Source: Flavobacteriales bacterium (GTDB taxonomy: Bacteria > Bacteroidota > Bacteroidia > Flavobacteriales_D > CAJJDF01). From it: a stretch of 47,207 nucleotides of DNA. The stretch is from NCBI GenBank assembly GCA_023255335.1, contig JALRIS010000141.1, forward strand, positions 1 to 47,207. The letters are read 5' to 3'. The notes beneath the pieces were generated by a model, which saw only the letters and a list, made by a program, of their open reading frames with translations, did no database searches and was not told the DNA's origin. Within the stretch, counting starts at the first letter, position 1. Every line of letters begins with the position of its first letter. This document shows, one piece after another, positions 18,708-28,439 of the stretch. A program made the position numbers and the translations under genes.

Positions 18708-19319
18708 TTACTCTTCTACTTCTTTCTTTTTTCTGGGAGAATAAATAATTAATACTTGAACGATTATAGCCAAAAATGCAAGTAAAAAAATCTCGATCTG
18801 GGTGAACAACTCCACAGTTTCAATTACTCGTTGTGTGGTGCTTGATTCCCTTCTTCCCTCCTCCAATTGAATTTTTGATAATTCATACAAATGAGACTTC
18901 ACTACTTTTACACTTGCCAGTAGTTCGCTGTAATCAGCAAAATTTGACTTTAAGTAAGATGCTTCCAAGTCTTTCAACTCATTGTAATTAACCTTTAAAT
19001 CAGTAAATATTTCTTTCTCCTTGGGAGTGAGCTTTGTTTTCTCATAGCGTGTTACAAATCTGCTTAATTTTTTAGTGAACTGCTCACTCTCCTTCGAAAA
19101 GTAAGCTGTATCCGAAGTAACGAGGGCAATTTCTTTGGCATACACACATTTCATCATACCAAAAATCAAGTCATTAGCCACAAGGCGATCTTCATAAATA
19201 GTAGTAATGGAATCCTTTACCCGAACAAAATTATTCCGGTCTATAAGATTGGTTGATACAATAATTACAAACACTACAGCAATCCCCAACACCCACTTTA
19301 TTTTTGTGAAAAACGTCAT
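18708..19319 (-). CDS. Stand-alone 4HB_MCP-like (four-helix-bundle sensor) membrane protein
   Basis: The ORF is 18708..19352 with a TTG start. I prefer the ATG at 19319 (MTFFTKIKW...). TM helix, about 150 aa of helical sensor-like region (IYEDRLVANDLIFGM...), a second TM helix and a short KKKEVEE tail. There is no output domain. Confidence 0.7.
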   Translation of the reverse strand: MTFFTKIKWVLGIAVVFVIIVSTNLIDRNNFVRVKDSITTIYEDRLVANDLIFGMMKCVYAKEIALVTSDTAYFSKESEQFTKKLSRFVTRYEKTKLTPKEKEIFTDLKVNYNELKDLEASYLKSNFADYSELLASVKVVKSHLYELSKIQLEEGRRESSTTQRVIETVELFTQIEIFLLAFLAIIVQVLIIYSPRKKKEVEE

Positions 19320-19464
19320 AGTCAACAGTTTTGATTTTATCCTAAGATACAATTTATTTTCAGTTTATATTTCGGTTTAGTTCCGAAAGAAAGAATTCCA
19401 TAAAATCTGCTGCATTCTAGCTCATCTTTGTCGTATATTCGGGAAGAACAAGAAACCTTCGAAG

Positions 19465-20328
19465 ATGAACCATGCAACACAACTTTTACGAGAAGCGATT
19501 CAAATTGGAGTTGGAATCATTTTGGCGAGTATTGGATTAAAAGCCTTTCTCTTGCCCAACGGATTTTTGGACGGAGGAGCCACAGGAATTGCAATTTTGT
19601 TGAGCGAATTATTCGGTACAAACATCTCATTTGTGCTGGTATTTGTGAGTTTGCCCTTTTTAGCTCTTGCGTGGACATCGCTCACCAAACGAATCTTTTG
19701 GAAATCACTCATTTCCATCTCAGTACTAGCTGTTTTTATTCATTTCGAGAACTTCAGTTCGATAACCGAGGACAAACTTTTAATTGCCATTTTTGGAGGA
19801 TTATTTTTAGGAGCTGGAATAGGATTGACCATAAAAAACGGTGCTGTGCTAGACGGATCCGAAATATTGGGAATCTACCTCAACAATCGTTTTGGTGTTA
19901 GCATCGGTACGGTCATTCTTATTTTCAACACCTTACTTTTTTCGGCTACAGCCATTCTACTCTCAGTAGAAATAGCCATGTATTCAGTTCTTACATTTTT
20001 GGTTACTGCCAAGGTAATCGATTTAATTATTGAAGGTTTCGAAGATTACATCGGACTTATGATTGTGTCCAAGGAAGCTGAAAAAGTAGAAAAAGGGCTT
20101 ACGCAAGAAATTGGGATAGGCATCACCATTTATAAAGGAGTAAAAGGGCACGGAAATACAGGAGAGGCGGAACAAAAAGAAATTATCCATACGGTCATCA
20201 ATCGAATTGACATCAGAAGAACCTACAACCTAATAGACGAAATAGACCCTAAAGCATTTATCATAGAATTTGACGTGAACAACGTAAAAGGCGGAATCCT
20301 AAAGAAGATTTTAGGACAAAAGAAATAA
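19465..20328 (+). CDS. YitT-family membrane protein (C-terminal DUF2179-like domain)
   Basis: 287-aa ORF with multiple TM helices, a GLKAFLLPNGFLDGGATGIAILL motif, and a C-terminal soluble domain (...IIEFDVNNVKGG). Confidence 0.85.
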   Translation: MNHATQLLREAIQIGVGIILASIGLKAFLLPNGFLDGGATGIAILLSELFGTNISFVLVFVSLPFLALAWTSLTKRIFWKSLISISVLAVFIHFENFSSITEDKLLIAIFGGLFLGAGIGLTIKNGAVLDGSEILGIYLNNRFGVSIGTVILIFNTLLFSATAILLSVEIAMYSVLTFLVTAKVIDLIIEGFEDYIGLMIVSKEAEKVEKGLTQEIGIGITIYKGVKGHGNTGEAEQKEIIHTVINRIDIRRTYNLIDEIDPKAFIIEFDVNNVKGGILKKILGQKK

Positions 20329-20393
20329 ACTCGACCTAACGAAACTAAAAGAGTCAAGAATGAGAGGTCAATTATTTTTTGTAATTTAGATAG

Positions 20394-22379
20394 ATGAAAA
20401 CTTGGCTCTCCATACTGTCTTTCCTTGTATTGGCAAGTACCACATTTTCGCAAGAAATTTGCGACAATGGAATTGATGATGACTTAGACGGCCTTGTTGA
20501 TTTGAATGACACCTCGGAGTGTAATTGTACCATAGGAGTATTACCTCCCATACTGCCTAACCCCTCTTTCGAAGATTACTCCTCGTGTCCTACTCAAGCC
20601 TCTCAACTATCAAGAGTAAATCATTGGAGAGATGCTTTGGCAAATAATTCACCCGATTATTTCAATTGTGGCTACAGATTACCTTTTATTCCGTTTCCAT
20701 TTCCTCATGGCACAGGCGTGATTGGATTTGCTGTGGGAAATGGAAATGCAAAAGAATTTTTTGGGGCTTGTCTTCTTGATACTTTTCATCCAGGAAAAAC
20801 CTACAGAATTGAGTTCGATTATGCTCAAATTGCCTCTATTACCCCGAGACCAATTGCCGTATATGGATCCAATTCGTGTACCAATTTGCCATACCCAAGA
20901 ACTCCTATTGGAGGAGGTGGAACCACAGCAAACTGTCCTAGTTATTCGCCAAACTGGGTGACATTAGACACCCTGATTCCCGTCCTAAACAACAATTCAT
21001 GGAATACCTACACCTTTGAGTTCTCTCCCTCCATCCCTATTACCACTTTAGTTTTTGGACCTAGTTGCGCACTTTTGAGTTCGCCAGCCCCTCAAGCTTA
21101 TTATGGCGCGATGGACAAAATGAGACTCTCCTATGTTGCTCCTTCGGTTACAATTTCGAGTTCGGGACATAGTTGTCAAAACAATCTTACACTTCGGGCG
21201 GTATTCGATTCAATCCCTCAATCCATTCAATGGTATAGAAATGGTGTAGCTTTAGTAAACGACACTACCTCACTACTATCCGTGCCTGCTGGAATGACTG
21301 GAATATTTCAAGTAAAACTTAATTTTAGTGGAGGCTGCTTACTTTCCGATTCGTTAGTCGTTGCGCAACCTACGATATCCGCACAAAAAGATTCGGTTGG
21401 AAGTTGTGCCAACAAAAATGACGGAACACTTTCACTCACCCGAATAATGGGTGGAACCAAACCTTACTCCTTCTCTCTAAACGGTTCTGGCTTTCAGTCG
21501 GATTCCAGTTTTACCAATTTATCACCCGGCTTATACCTAGTCACCGTTCGAGACAGCAATCTGTGTCAACTTCAAGTACCAATTACAATTAACTCTTATC
21601 CAGTTCCTGTTTCATCCTTCAATGCTGATACGGTTTGTTTTGGCCAACCCACTAATTTCTCGAGTACCGCGTCTATTTCAAGCGGCAGAATTGTTTCTTG
21701 GCTCTGGGATTCGCCCATAAATTTGAATGGAAAAAACTCGTCTTACGTCTTCCCGCAACCAGGCGCCCACATTGCTTCATTGAGAACCGTCTCCGATTCA
21801 GGCTGTATACATGACACCTCTGCAACCATCTGGGTTCGTAAATTGCCCGACATGAACTTTACCTTCTCGCCAACCCCTGTATATTCATACAGCCCAATAG
21901 TGTGTTTCACAAACACCTCATCGCCCGTTGTTTCTCAGTTTTGGAATTTTGGTCATACCGATCTCGGAAACTCCTCTTATGATTTGTCGCCTTGCCCAGT
22001 TAGCTTTCCTATCCAGAGGAGCGAAAAATTTTCGATAACTCTGACAGGAATCGACAGATATGGTTGTAGTGATTCGATCACCAAAGAGCTGCAAATACAA
22101 GAAGATTTTTTGGTGTTTGTCCCTAATTCGTTCTCCCCTAATTTCGATGGAACCAACGATTTGCTTTTTCCGGTGCTATCGGGAATTGAATCCCTTGAAT
22201 GGCAAATCTTTAACCGATGGGGCGAGCTCATTTTTGAAACCGACAACATGCAAGCCAGCTGGGACGGAGTGCACTCGGGCAAGATCGTTCCTATCGGATG
22301 CTATCCGTATAAAATGAGAGTCAAAACGACCAAAGGAATAATCAAAGAAATACTGGGTGAGATAACTGTGGTAAAGTAA
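20394..22379 (+). CDS. T9SS type B sorting domain protein with SprB/PKD-like repeats
   Basis: 661-aa ORF. Signal peptide, CDNGIDDDLDGLVDLND metal-binding-like motif, SprB-type repeat (CANKNDGTLSL...GGTKPYSFSLNG...GLYLVTVRDSNLC), and a C-terminal gliding-associated domain (FVPNSFSPNFDGTNDLLFP...WDG). Confidence 0.85.
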   Translation: MKTWLSILSFLVLASTTFSQEICDNGIDDDLDGLVDLNDTSECNCTIGVLPPILPNPSFEDYSSCPTQASQLSRVNHWRDALANNSPDYFNCGYRLPFIPFPFPHGTGVIGFAVGNGNAKEFFGACLLDTFHPGKTYRIEFDYAQIASITPRPIAVYGSNSCTNLPYPRTPIGGGGTTANCPSYSPNWVTLDTLIPVLNNNSWNTYTFEFSPSIPITTLVFGPSCALLSSPAPQAYYGAMDKMRLSYVAPSVTISSSGHSCQNNLTLRAVFDSIPQSIQWYRNGVALVNDTTSLLSVPAGMTGIFQVKLNFSGGCLLSDSLVVAQPTISAQKDSVGSCANKNDGTLSLTRIMGGTKPYSFSLNGSGFQSDSSFTNLSPGLYLVTVRDSNLCQLQVPITINSYPVPVSSFNADTVCFGQPTNFSSTASISSGRIVSWLWDSPINLNGKNSSYVFPQPGAHIASLRTVSDSGCIHDTSATIWVRKLPDMNFTFSPTPVYSYSPIVCFTNTSSPVVSQFWNFGHTDLGNSSYDLSPCPVSFPIQRSEKFSITLTGIDRYGCSDSITKELQIQEDFLVFVPNSFSPNFDGTNDLLFPVLSGIESLEWQIFNRWGELIFETDNMQASWDGVHSGKIVPIGCYPYKMRVKTTKGIIKEILGEITVVK

Positions 22380-22380
22380 G

Positions 22381-22833
22381 TTATTTTAGCGCGTTTACAT
22401 ACTCCCAAACAAGCCCAGATTCAAATCCTTTTTGAATTACAAAGGCGGCTATCTTGCCTTTTTTTTTGAACGAATCTGGTTCAGATATTTCGCGGTTCTT
22501 TCTTTGTATCAAATATTCCAATGTCTTTAAATAGGCTTCCTCTTCTATTTCCTCCAATCCTTTTTTAATACAATACTCGGAGATTTGTCTTTGTTTTAGA
22601 TGAGCTTTTATCTTCACTCTTCCCCACTTTTTTATGTTAAACTTTCCCGAAACAAAAGCTTCAGCAAAGCGTTGTTCATTCAGAAAATCCTCTTCAATTA
22701 ATCGAGTAATCACCTCGTTTACCTCCTTCTTGTACAATCCAAGTTTGTACAATTTTTCCTTTACTTCTTGGTGACTTCGTTCTTGATAGGCACAATAGTT
22801 TTTCAATTTTTCTGTGGCTAATTCTAAATTCAA
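22381..22833 (-). CDS. recX: Regulatory protein RecX
   Basis: 150-aa ORF with a TTG start. KLKNYCAYQERSHQEVKEKL and helical repeats typical of Bacteroidota RecX. Confidence 0.8.
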   Translation of the reverse strand: MNLELATEKLKNYCAYQERSHQEVKEKLYKLGLYKKEVNEVITRLIEEDFLNEQRFAEAFVSGKFNIKKWGRVKIKAHLKQRQISEYCIKKGLEEIEEEAYLKTLEYLIQRKNREISEPDSFKKKGKIAAFVIQKGFESGLVWEYVNALK

Positions 22834-22921
22834 GGCGGTGTAGGAGTTATTAAAAACGAAAAACGATGAGAAATAGATAAGATTATTTCTTACTTTTAAC
22901 TCATTAACACTACAATAATAA

Positions 22922-24136
22922 ATGATTCCATTTTCACCTCCAAGAATAGATCAACAAATAATTGATGAAGTAATTGATACGCTCCAATCGGGATGGATTA
23001 CAACAGGACCAAAAACACTAAAGTTCGAAAACGAACTGAGTAAGTATTGCGGAAACCCTGCAACGGTTTGTGTAAGTGCTGCCACACCAGGAATTCAACT
23101 ACTATTGAGCTGGATGGGAATTGGAGAAGGAGACGAAGTTATCGTGCCAGCTTACACATATTGTGCAACGGCCAATGTTGTGGTGCACAGCGGTGCCAAA
23201 TTAATTATGGTAGATGTAAATAAAGAGGACTTTAATATTAACGTAAAAAAAATTAAAGAAGTAATCACAGAAAGAACCAAAATAATTATGCCTGTGGATA
23301 TTGCAGGACTTCCTTGTGATTACAACGAAATATATGAGCTTATCAATTCTCCAGAAGTAAACAAATTGTTTACGCCTAGAAACGACATTCAAAAACAACT
23401 TGGTCGAATTGCTGTAGTATCTGATTCGGCACATAGCATTGGCGCTTTGTATCATGGCAAAAGAGCAGGAAGCCTAGCGGACGTGTCTGTTTTTTCGTTT
23501 CATGCGGTCAAAAACTTATCTACTGCAGAGGGAGGTGCCATTGCGCTCAATATGCCGAAACCTTTTGATAATGAAGAACTAAGAAAGAAATTAAAAACTA
23601 TGTCTCTTCATGGCCAAAGCAAAGATGCTTTTAGCAAAATGCAGCTCGGTGCCTGGCGCTATGACGTGGTGGAATCGGGATTTAAATGCAACATGACAGA
23701 TATCCAAGCCTCTATGGGACTTGTAGAGTTGGCACGATATGAAGGTAACTTGGCACGAAGAAGAGAAATAATGATTCGATACAATGAAGCTTTTTCCGCA
23801 TACAGTTGGGCAAAAACTCCCGTTTTTGAACAAAAAAACAAAACAGGATCCTTTCATCTTTATTTATTCAGAATCAAGGGGATAACCGAAACGCAAAGAG
23901 ACCTAATTATCCATGAAATCTCCGAAAAACAAGTCGCTGTAAATGTCCATTACCTGCCAGTACCGATGCTCACAGCTTTTAAATCAACTTATGACATATC
24001 ACACTATCCTCAAACATATTTGAACTATGCCTGTGAAATAAGTTTACCGGTGTACTACACCCTCACCAATGAGCAAATAGACATTGTTACCAAAACCGTA
24101 ATTGAATCGGTAGAAAAAATCACACAAACAACATAA
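22922..24136 (+). CDS. DegT/DnrJ/EryC1/StrS-family sugar aminotransferase
   Basis: 404-aa ORF. IPFSPPRIDQQ N-terminus, SDSAHSIGA, and FSFHAVKNLSTAEGG (PLP lysine). Confidence 0.88.
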   Translation: MIPFSPPRIDQQIIDEVIDTLQSGWITTGPKTLKFENELSKYCGNPATVCVSAATPGIQLLLSWMGIGEGDEVIVPAYTYCATANVVVHSGAKLIMVDVNKEDFNINVKKIKEVITERTKIIMPVDIAGLPCDYNEIYELINSPEVNKLFTPRNDIQKQLGRIAVVSDSAHSIGALYHGKRAGSLADVSVFSFHAVKNLSTAEGGAIALNMPKPFDNEELRKKLKTMSLHGQSKDAFSKMQLGAWRYDVVESGFKCNMTDIQASMGLVELARYEGNLARRREIMIRYNEAFSAYSWAKTPVFEQKNKTGSFHLYLFRIKGITETQRDLIIHEISEKQVAVNVHYLPVPMLTAFKSTYDISHYPQTYLNYACEISLPVYYTLTNEQIDIVTKTVIESVEKITQTT

Positions 24137-24145
24137 CACTACTTT

Positions 24146-25750
24146 ATGAAAACTATTTACCTTCTTTCCTCATCTTTATTACTTTTCTCTCTTGTTGGAA
24201 AAGCCCAAACAGCCGATGTTTCGTCCTATGACGAAAAGTTACTGAACTGGCAATCTAAGGATGTTTCCAGAAAAACAATGGGTACAGACACCTATAAAGC
24301 TTATGAGGAACTCCTCAAGGGGAAATCACCAAAAAAATCTATTGTTGTTGCTGTAATAGATGCCGGAATTGATGTGAATCATGAAGACTTGAAAGACAAT
24401 ATTTGGGTAAACAAAAAAGAAATTCCCGGAAATGGAATAGATGACGACAACAATGGATACATTGATGATATAAATGGATGGAATTTTCTTGGAAATTCGA
24501 AGGGAAAAAACTTGGACAAAGCGCCTCTAGAAATAACTCGACTTTACAGAAAATTACATGCCAAATTCGAAAATAAATCAGAATCGGAAATAGCGGAGGC
24601 TGAGAGAAAAGATTTTGCTGAATATCAAAAAATGAAAATCAAAATTTCCAAAAAACAAACGGAAGCAGAACAACAATTCTTACAAATGAAGCAACTCTAT
24701 TCATTTGTGTCGGATTTATATGATTCGCTGGGAAGTATGGAAAAAACATCTGCTACTACTTTTGAGGAGGTAAAAAACATCACAACATCCACTAAGCCAG
24801 CCAAAAAACTAAAAAGAAGACTTGTCTTTTATGGAAAACTGGGCCTTACAAAACAAGGCTTGAAAGAGGGATTGGATCATTTTGAGGCCGAAAAAACAGC
24901 TTACTACAACCTCGACTTTACTCCTAGAGAAGATATTATTGGCGACAATACAGATGACATAAGAGATTTTAACTATGGAAATAATGACGTAACTGGTCCA
25001 GATGCATTTCATGGAACTTTTTGCGCAGGGATTATCGGTGCTACTCAAAATAACTCTTTAGGAATTGATGGAATTGCCAACAATGTGTTGCTCATGTCAT
25101 TGCGTGCTGTTCCCAACGGTGATGAATACGATAAGGACATTGCACTGGCGATAAGATATGCGGTAGATAATGGAGTTAAAGTCATTAATATGAGTTTTGG
25201 AAAAGCATACACTGCGAACAAAAGTATGGTGGATGATGCTTTTAAATATGCCGAAGAGAATGGAGTATTATTGGTTCATGCAGCAGGAAATGATAATAAA
25301 AACATCGATACCACAAACAATTTTCCTAGTGATAAATTACTCGACAATTCAAAAGTAACTAACTTAATCTGTGTGGGAGCTTCTACCTACCACACAAAAA
25401 AGAAATTACCTGCTGGATTTTCAAATTTTGGAAATGAAAATGTTGACCTGTTTGCTCCTGGTCAGGACATAGTTTCTACGGATGTTGGAAACACTTATCA
25501 GGTATCACAAGGAACGAGTTTTGCTGCCCCAGTAGTGAGTGGTGTAGCGGCATTAGTCTGGAGTTATTACCCTGATTTGACGGTTGCTCAACTTAAAGAA
25601 ATCCTACTGAAATCTGCCACAAACAAAGGCAAGAAAAAAGTTCGGATTCCGGGAAGCAAAAAGAAAGTGAGATTCAGGGAGCTCTCTGTGAGTGACGGAG
25701 TGGTAAATACATACAACGCGCTCAAGTTAGCAGAAGAAATGAGTAAATAA
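24146..25750 (+). CDS. Secreted S8-family (subtilisin-like) serine peptidase
   Basis: 534-aa ORF with a signal peptide. Catalytic triad contexts VAVIDAGIDVNHEDL (Asp), HGTFCAGIIGA (His) and GTSFAAPVVSG (Ser). Confidence 0.9.
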   Translation: MKTIYLLSSSLLLFSLVGKAQTADVSSYDEKLLNWQSKDVSRKTMGTDTYKAYEELLKGKSPKKSIVVAVIDAGIDVNHEDLKDNIWVNKKEIPGNGIDDDNNGYIDDINGWNFLGNSKGKNLDKAPLEITRLYRKLHAKFENKSESEIAEAERKDFAEYQKMKIKISKKQTEAEQQFLQMKQLYSFVSDLYDSLGSMEKTSATTFEEVKNITTSTKPAKKLKRRLVFYGKLGLTKQGLKEGLDHFEAEKTAYYNLDFTPREDIIGDNTDDIRDFNYGNNDVTGPDAFHGTFCAGIIGATQNNSLGIDGIANNVLLMSLRAVPNGDEYDKDIALAIRYAVDNGVKVINMSFGKAYTANKSMVDDAFKYAEENGVLLVHAAGNDNKNIDTTNNFPSDKLLDNSKVTNLICVGASTYHTKKKLPAGFSNFGNENVDLFAPGQDIVSTDVGNTYQVSQGTSFAAPVVSGVAALVWSYYPDLTVAQLKEILLKSATNKGKKKVRIPGSKKKVRFRELSVSDGVVNTYNALKLAEEMSK

Positions 25751-25760
25751 CAAAGTGAAT

Positions 25761-25792
25761 AAAAAAAAGCCTTGAAAATTCAAGGCTTTTTT
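25761..25792. terminator. Bidirectional intrinsic terminator between the S8 peptidase and the TonB-dependent receptor
   Basis: A8, then stem GCCTTG(AA) pairing with (TT)CAAGGC (25769-25786), then T6. The flanking genes are convergent. Confidence 0.75.
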
Positions 25793-25808
25793 ATTGTTGA
25801 AAACCCAC

Positions 25809-28367
25809 TTATTCAATGGTATACCTGAGCCCTACATAAATGTTTCGTCCAAAAATAGGAGCCCACACCAAGGAAGACTCAAAGTTATTACCAAAAGGAT
25901 TTTCACTATCAATGATTGGTCGATCCTGTCGGAAGTCAAAAATATTTTCCCCTCCTATGTACGTAGAAAATTTCTTGCTCCAGACTTTGGTTATTTGGGC
26001 ATTGGACAAGAAATACGAAGGCGATTTGTCGCGGTACTGAAATGATTCAGGATTGCTTCTCGTAGAGGCTATTCGCTGTTCACCTATCCAATTCAAAGTA
26101 AAGTCAAATTTCCATTCGCTCTTGGTCTCATACCCGAAGTTGACAAATGCTCTATTTCTGGCAACCAGCTGTTTCTGCAGAAGGACCTCGTTGTACGTAG
26201 TCTTGATATCGTAATATCTATAGGCCAAACGAACATCCAGCAATGGAAGTAATTCGTAGTCTAGCTGAACCTGCAAGCTATTGGAAAAGGAAACACCCTG
26301 TAGGTTATAAAACGAAATTTCGTTTGGATTTTCCCAATCCACCACAATTTGATTTTGAAACTGAGTTCGATATAGATCAACTGATAACATCCCTTCTCTG
26401 CCTGCCAAATCAAAGTCACGAACCATATTAACTCCAATATTCCAAGCCACTTCGGCTTGTAATCCATAAGGAGTATTTTCATTCGGATCTCCGTTTACTC
26501 GTATTGTTCTAGAGGTGGCAAATAGTCCCTGATTCTCCGCAAAAATATTGGCAGTTCGTTGTCCTCGCCCGGCAGCTAACCGAAGGATTGTTTTCTCATT
26601 CAGGTCGTATTTTAGGTGAATTCTTGGAGTAAAGAAAAAACCAAATAAATTACTATAATCAGCTCTAGCGCCAACTACTGCATTAAATTTTTCACCCCCC
26701 GAGTAGGAGTACTCGCCATAAACACCAGGAGTTAACTCCAGCCTGTCATAGGTAGTGGTATCAATCGATTCTTTGTAGTCATCCATGAGCACTGAGGCAC
26801 CAACAAAATAAGAATGGTCCGTGGTCTTTATGATGTTTTGAAAAATTAGGTTCGCATATCCTGACGTTTGTTTGGCTTTGTACGTTGTAAGTCCAAACTG
26901 CGAGATCTGATTGTAATCAGAGGCAGAGACTTGTAGGCCGATACTTTTTCCAGGACTTTCTTTGAAAACCTTCCCCATTTTGAACCAACCTCGAGCGCGA
27001 GTAATCTCGGTAGTTGCTCCCCATGGATGCAAAGTATCCATCGTTTGATTCTCTCTGAAACCTTTTTGGCCACCTACATTTTTCAAGCTCACTCCCTCTA
27101 TTCCTATTTGCCCCATCCAACCGGTAGAATCATTATTAAACTTCCATCGGTTTATCCCGATAAAATTTTGCATCATAGGCATATCCAAAAAACCATCAGC
27201 ATTCACATCGTTTTCTGTGGTTCTTACACTCGAATGAAGCAAGAAACCAGTTGACCATTTCTCGTTCAATTTGATTTTAAAATTGGTGTTAAATTCTTGT
27301 CTTCCACCTTGATTTGCATACAGATTCACATTAAACCTTTCAGACTCATCCGGCTTTTTTAGTTCCACATTTATTTGCCCAGCAATACTTTCGTAGCCAT
27401 TCATCACAGAACCTACACCTTTTGCCAATTGAATACTTTCAATCCAGTCACCTGGCACAAAATTCATTCCGTATACCGAGGAAAACCCTCGAATATCTGG
27501 CAATAATTCCTTTGTGATTTGAATGTTAGCACCCGACAATCCCAGCATCTGGATTTGCTTAGTTCCCGTTACAGCATCGGTATACGATACATCCACCGAA
27601 GGGTTCGTTTCAAAACTTTCTGAAAGATTACAACAGGCAGCTTTTGCTAGTTCCTTTCGATTCATTCCCTCCATTTTGATCACGTTCAGTTTAGATATCT
27701 CTATCCCCTTTCTTCGCTCAATTACAGTAAACCCTCTGAGCTTGATACTATTGCTCAAGATAATTTCTATGTTGGATTCATCTGTTATCTCCAAGCTATC
27801 TGCAGTTGTCCCCACGTAACTTACAATGAGTTTTGATTCTTTCTCTCCTTTGGAAATTTCAAAGTGACCTTTCTCATCAGTCGTTACCCCGTTCATTGTT
27901 TCTAGCCAGAATACATTGGCACTGTAGACAGGCGTCTTTTTCCCATTTTCGCCAATTTCCATTACTTTCCCCTTCAAGACCAAACTCTTTTCCAAGGTAT
28001 CTGGAGACGGATCCTCGGGTTGATGGGCTGCTTTTACCTCTTCATCTCGGTATTTACAGCATCCATGAACATTGTCGTAATCTTCTTGAGTAGCTTTCAC
28101 AAGCTCAGTATCATGACCTACTTTGGCAATTCTCTGGTGTAATTCGATCAATTTCACAAAAGAGCTGTCGTAAGTGATACTTAGTATTCGGGAATCTACA
28201 TTCCATTCTGCGGAGGAAACACCTTTTACGGAAACCGCTTTTTCTATTCTTTCTTCGCACATTCCGCACACTCCATCCACAAAAAAAGTGGTTGAAACGG
28301 ATTGTGAAACGGATTGATTTGTCAAGAATAACAACATCATCAATCCTAGTAATTTGATTGTTTTCAT
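25809..28367 (-). CDS. TonB-dependent receptor with N-terminal HMA (heavy-metal-associated) and CarboxypepD_reg-like domains
   Basis: 852-aa ORF. Signal peptide, HMA-like FFVDGVCGMCEERIEKAV, HGCCKYR, a carboxypeptidase-regulatory-like module, plug motif AACCNLSESFETNPSVDVSYTDAVTGTKQIQMLGLSG, a long beta-barrel, and a C-terminal ...YVGLRYTIE. Confidence 0.88.
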   Translation of the reverse strand: MKTIKLLGLMMLLFLTNQSVSQSVSTTFFVDGVCGMCEERIEKAVSVKGVSSAEWNVDSRILSITYDSSFVKLIELHQRIAKVGHDTELVKATQEDYDNVHGCCKYRDEEVKAAHQPEDPSPDTLEKSLVLKGKVMEIGENGKKTPVYSANVFWLETMNGVTTDEKGHFEISKGEKESKLIVSYVGTTADSLEITDESNIEIILSNSIKLRGFTVIERRKGIEISKLNVIKMEGMNRKELAKAACCNLSESFETNPSVDVSYTDAVTGTKQIQMLGLSGANIQITKELLPDIRGFSSVYGMNFVPGDWIESIQLAKGVGSVMNGYESIAGQINVELKKPDESERFNVNLYANQGGRQEFNTNFKIKLNEKWSTGFLLHSSVRTTENDVNADGFLDMPMMQNFIGINRWKFNNDSTGWMGQIGIEGVSLKNVGGQKGFRENQTMDTLHPWGATTEITRARGWFKMGKVFKESPGKSIGLQVSASDYNQISQFGLTTYKAKQTSGYANLIFQNIIKTTDHSYFVGASVLMDDYKESIDTTTYDRLELTPGVYGEYSYSGGEKFNAVVGARADYSNLFGFFFTPRIHLKYDLNEKTILRLAAGRGQRTANIFAENQGLFATSRTIRVNGDPNENTPYGLQAEVAWNIGVNMVRDFDLAGREGMLSVDLYRTQFQNQIVVDWENPNEISFYNLQGVSFSNSLQVQLDYELLPLLDVRLAYRYYDIKTTYNEVLLQKQLVARNRAFVNFGYETKSEWKFDFTLNWIGEQRIASTRSNPESFQYRDKSPSYFLSNAQITKVWSKKFSTYIGGENIFDFRQDRPIIDSENPFGNNFESSLVWAPIFGRNIYVGLRYTIE

Positions 28368-28439
28368 AAGTTGATTTTATAAGTTGAATGTTTCGATAAA
28401 CTTCGTGGCTTTCGTTGTCCGAAAGCTTTTCTTAAAAAA

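Noticed and set aside
19428-19901. 157-aa plus-strand ORF overlapping the 5' half of the YitT-family gene in another frame
   Set aside because: The YitT frame gives a clean multi-TM family match. This frame gives Cys/Arg/Trp-rich nonsense.
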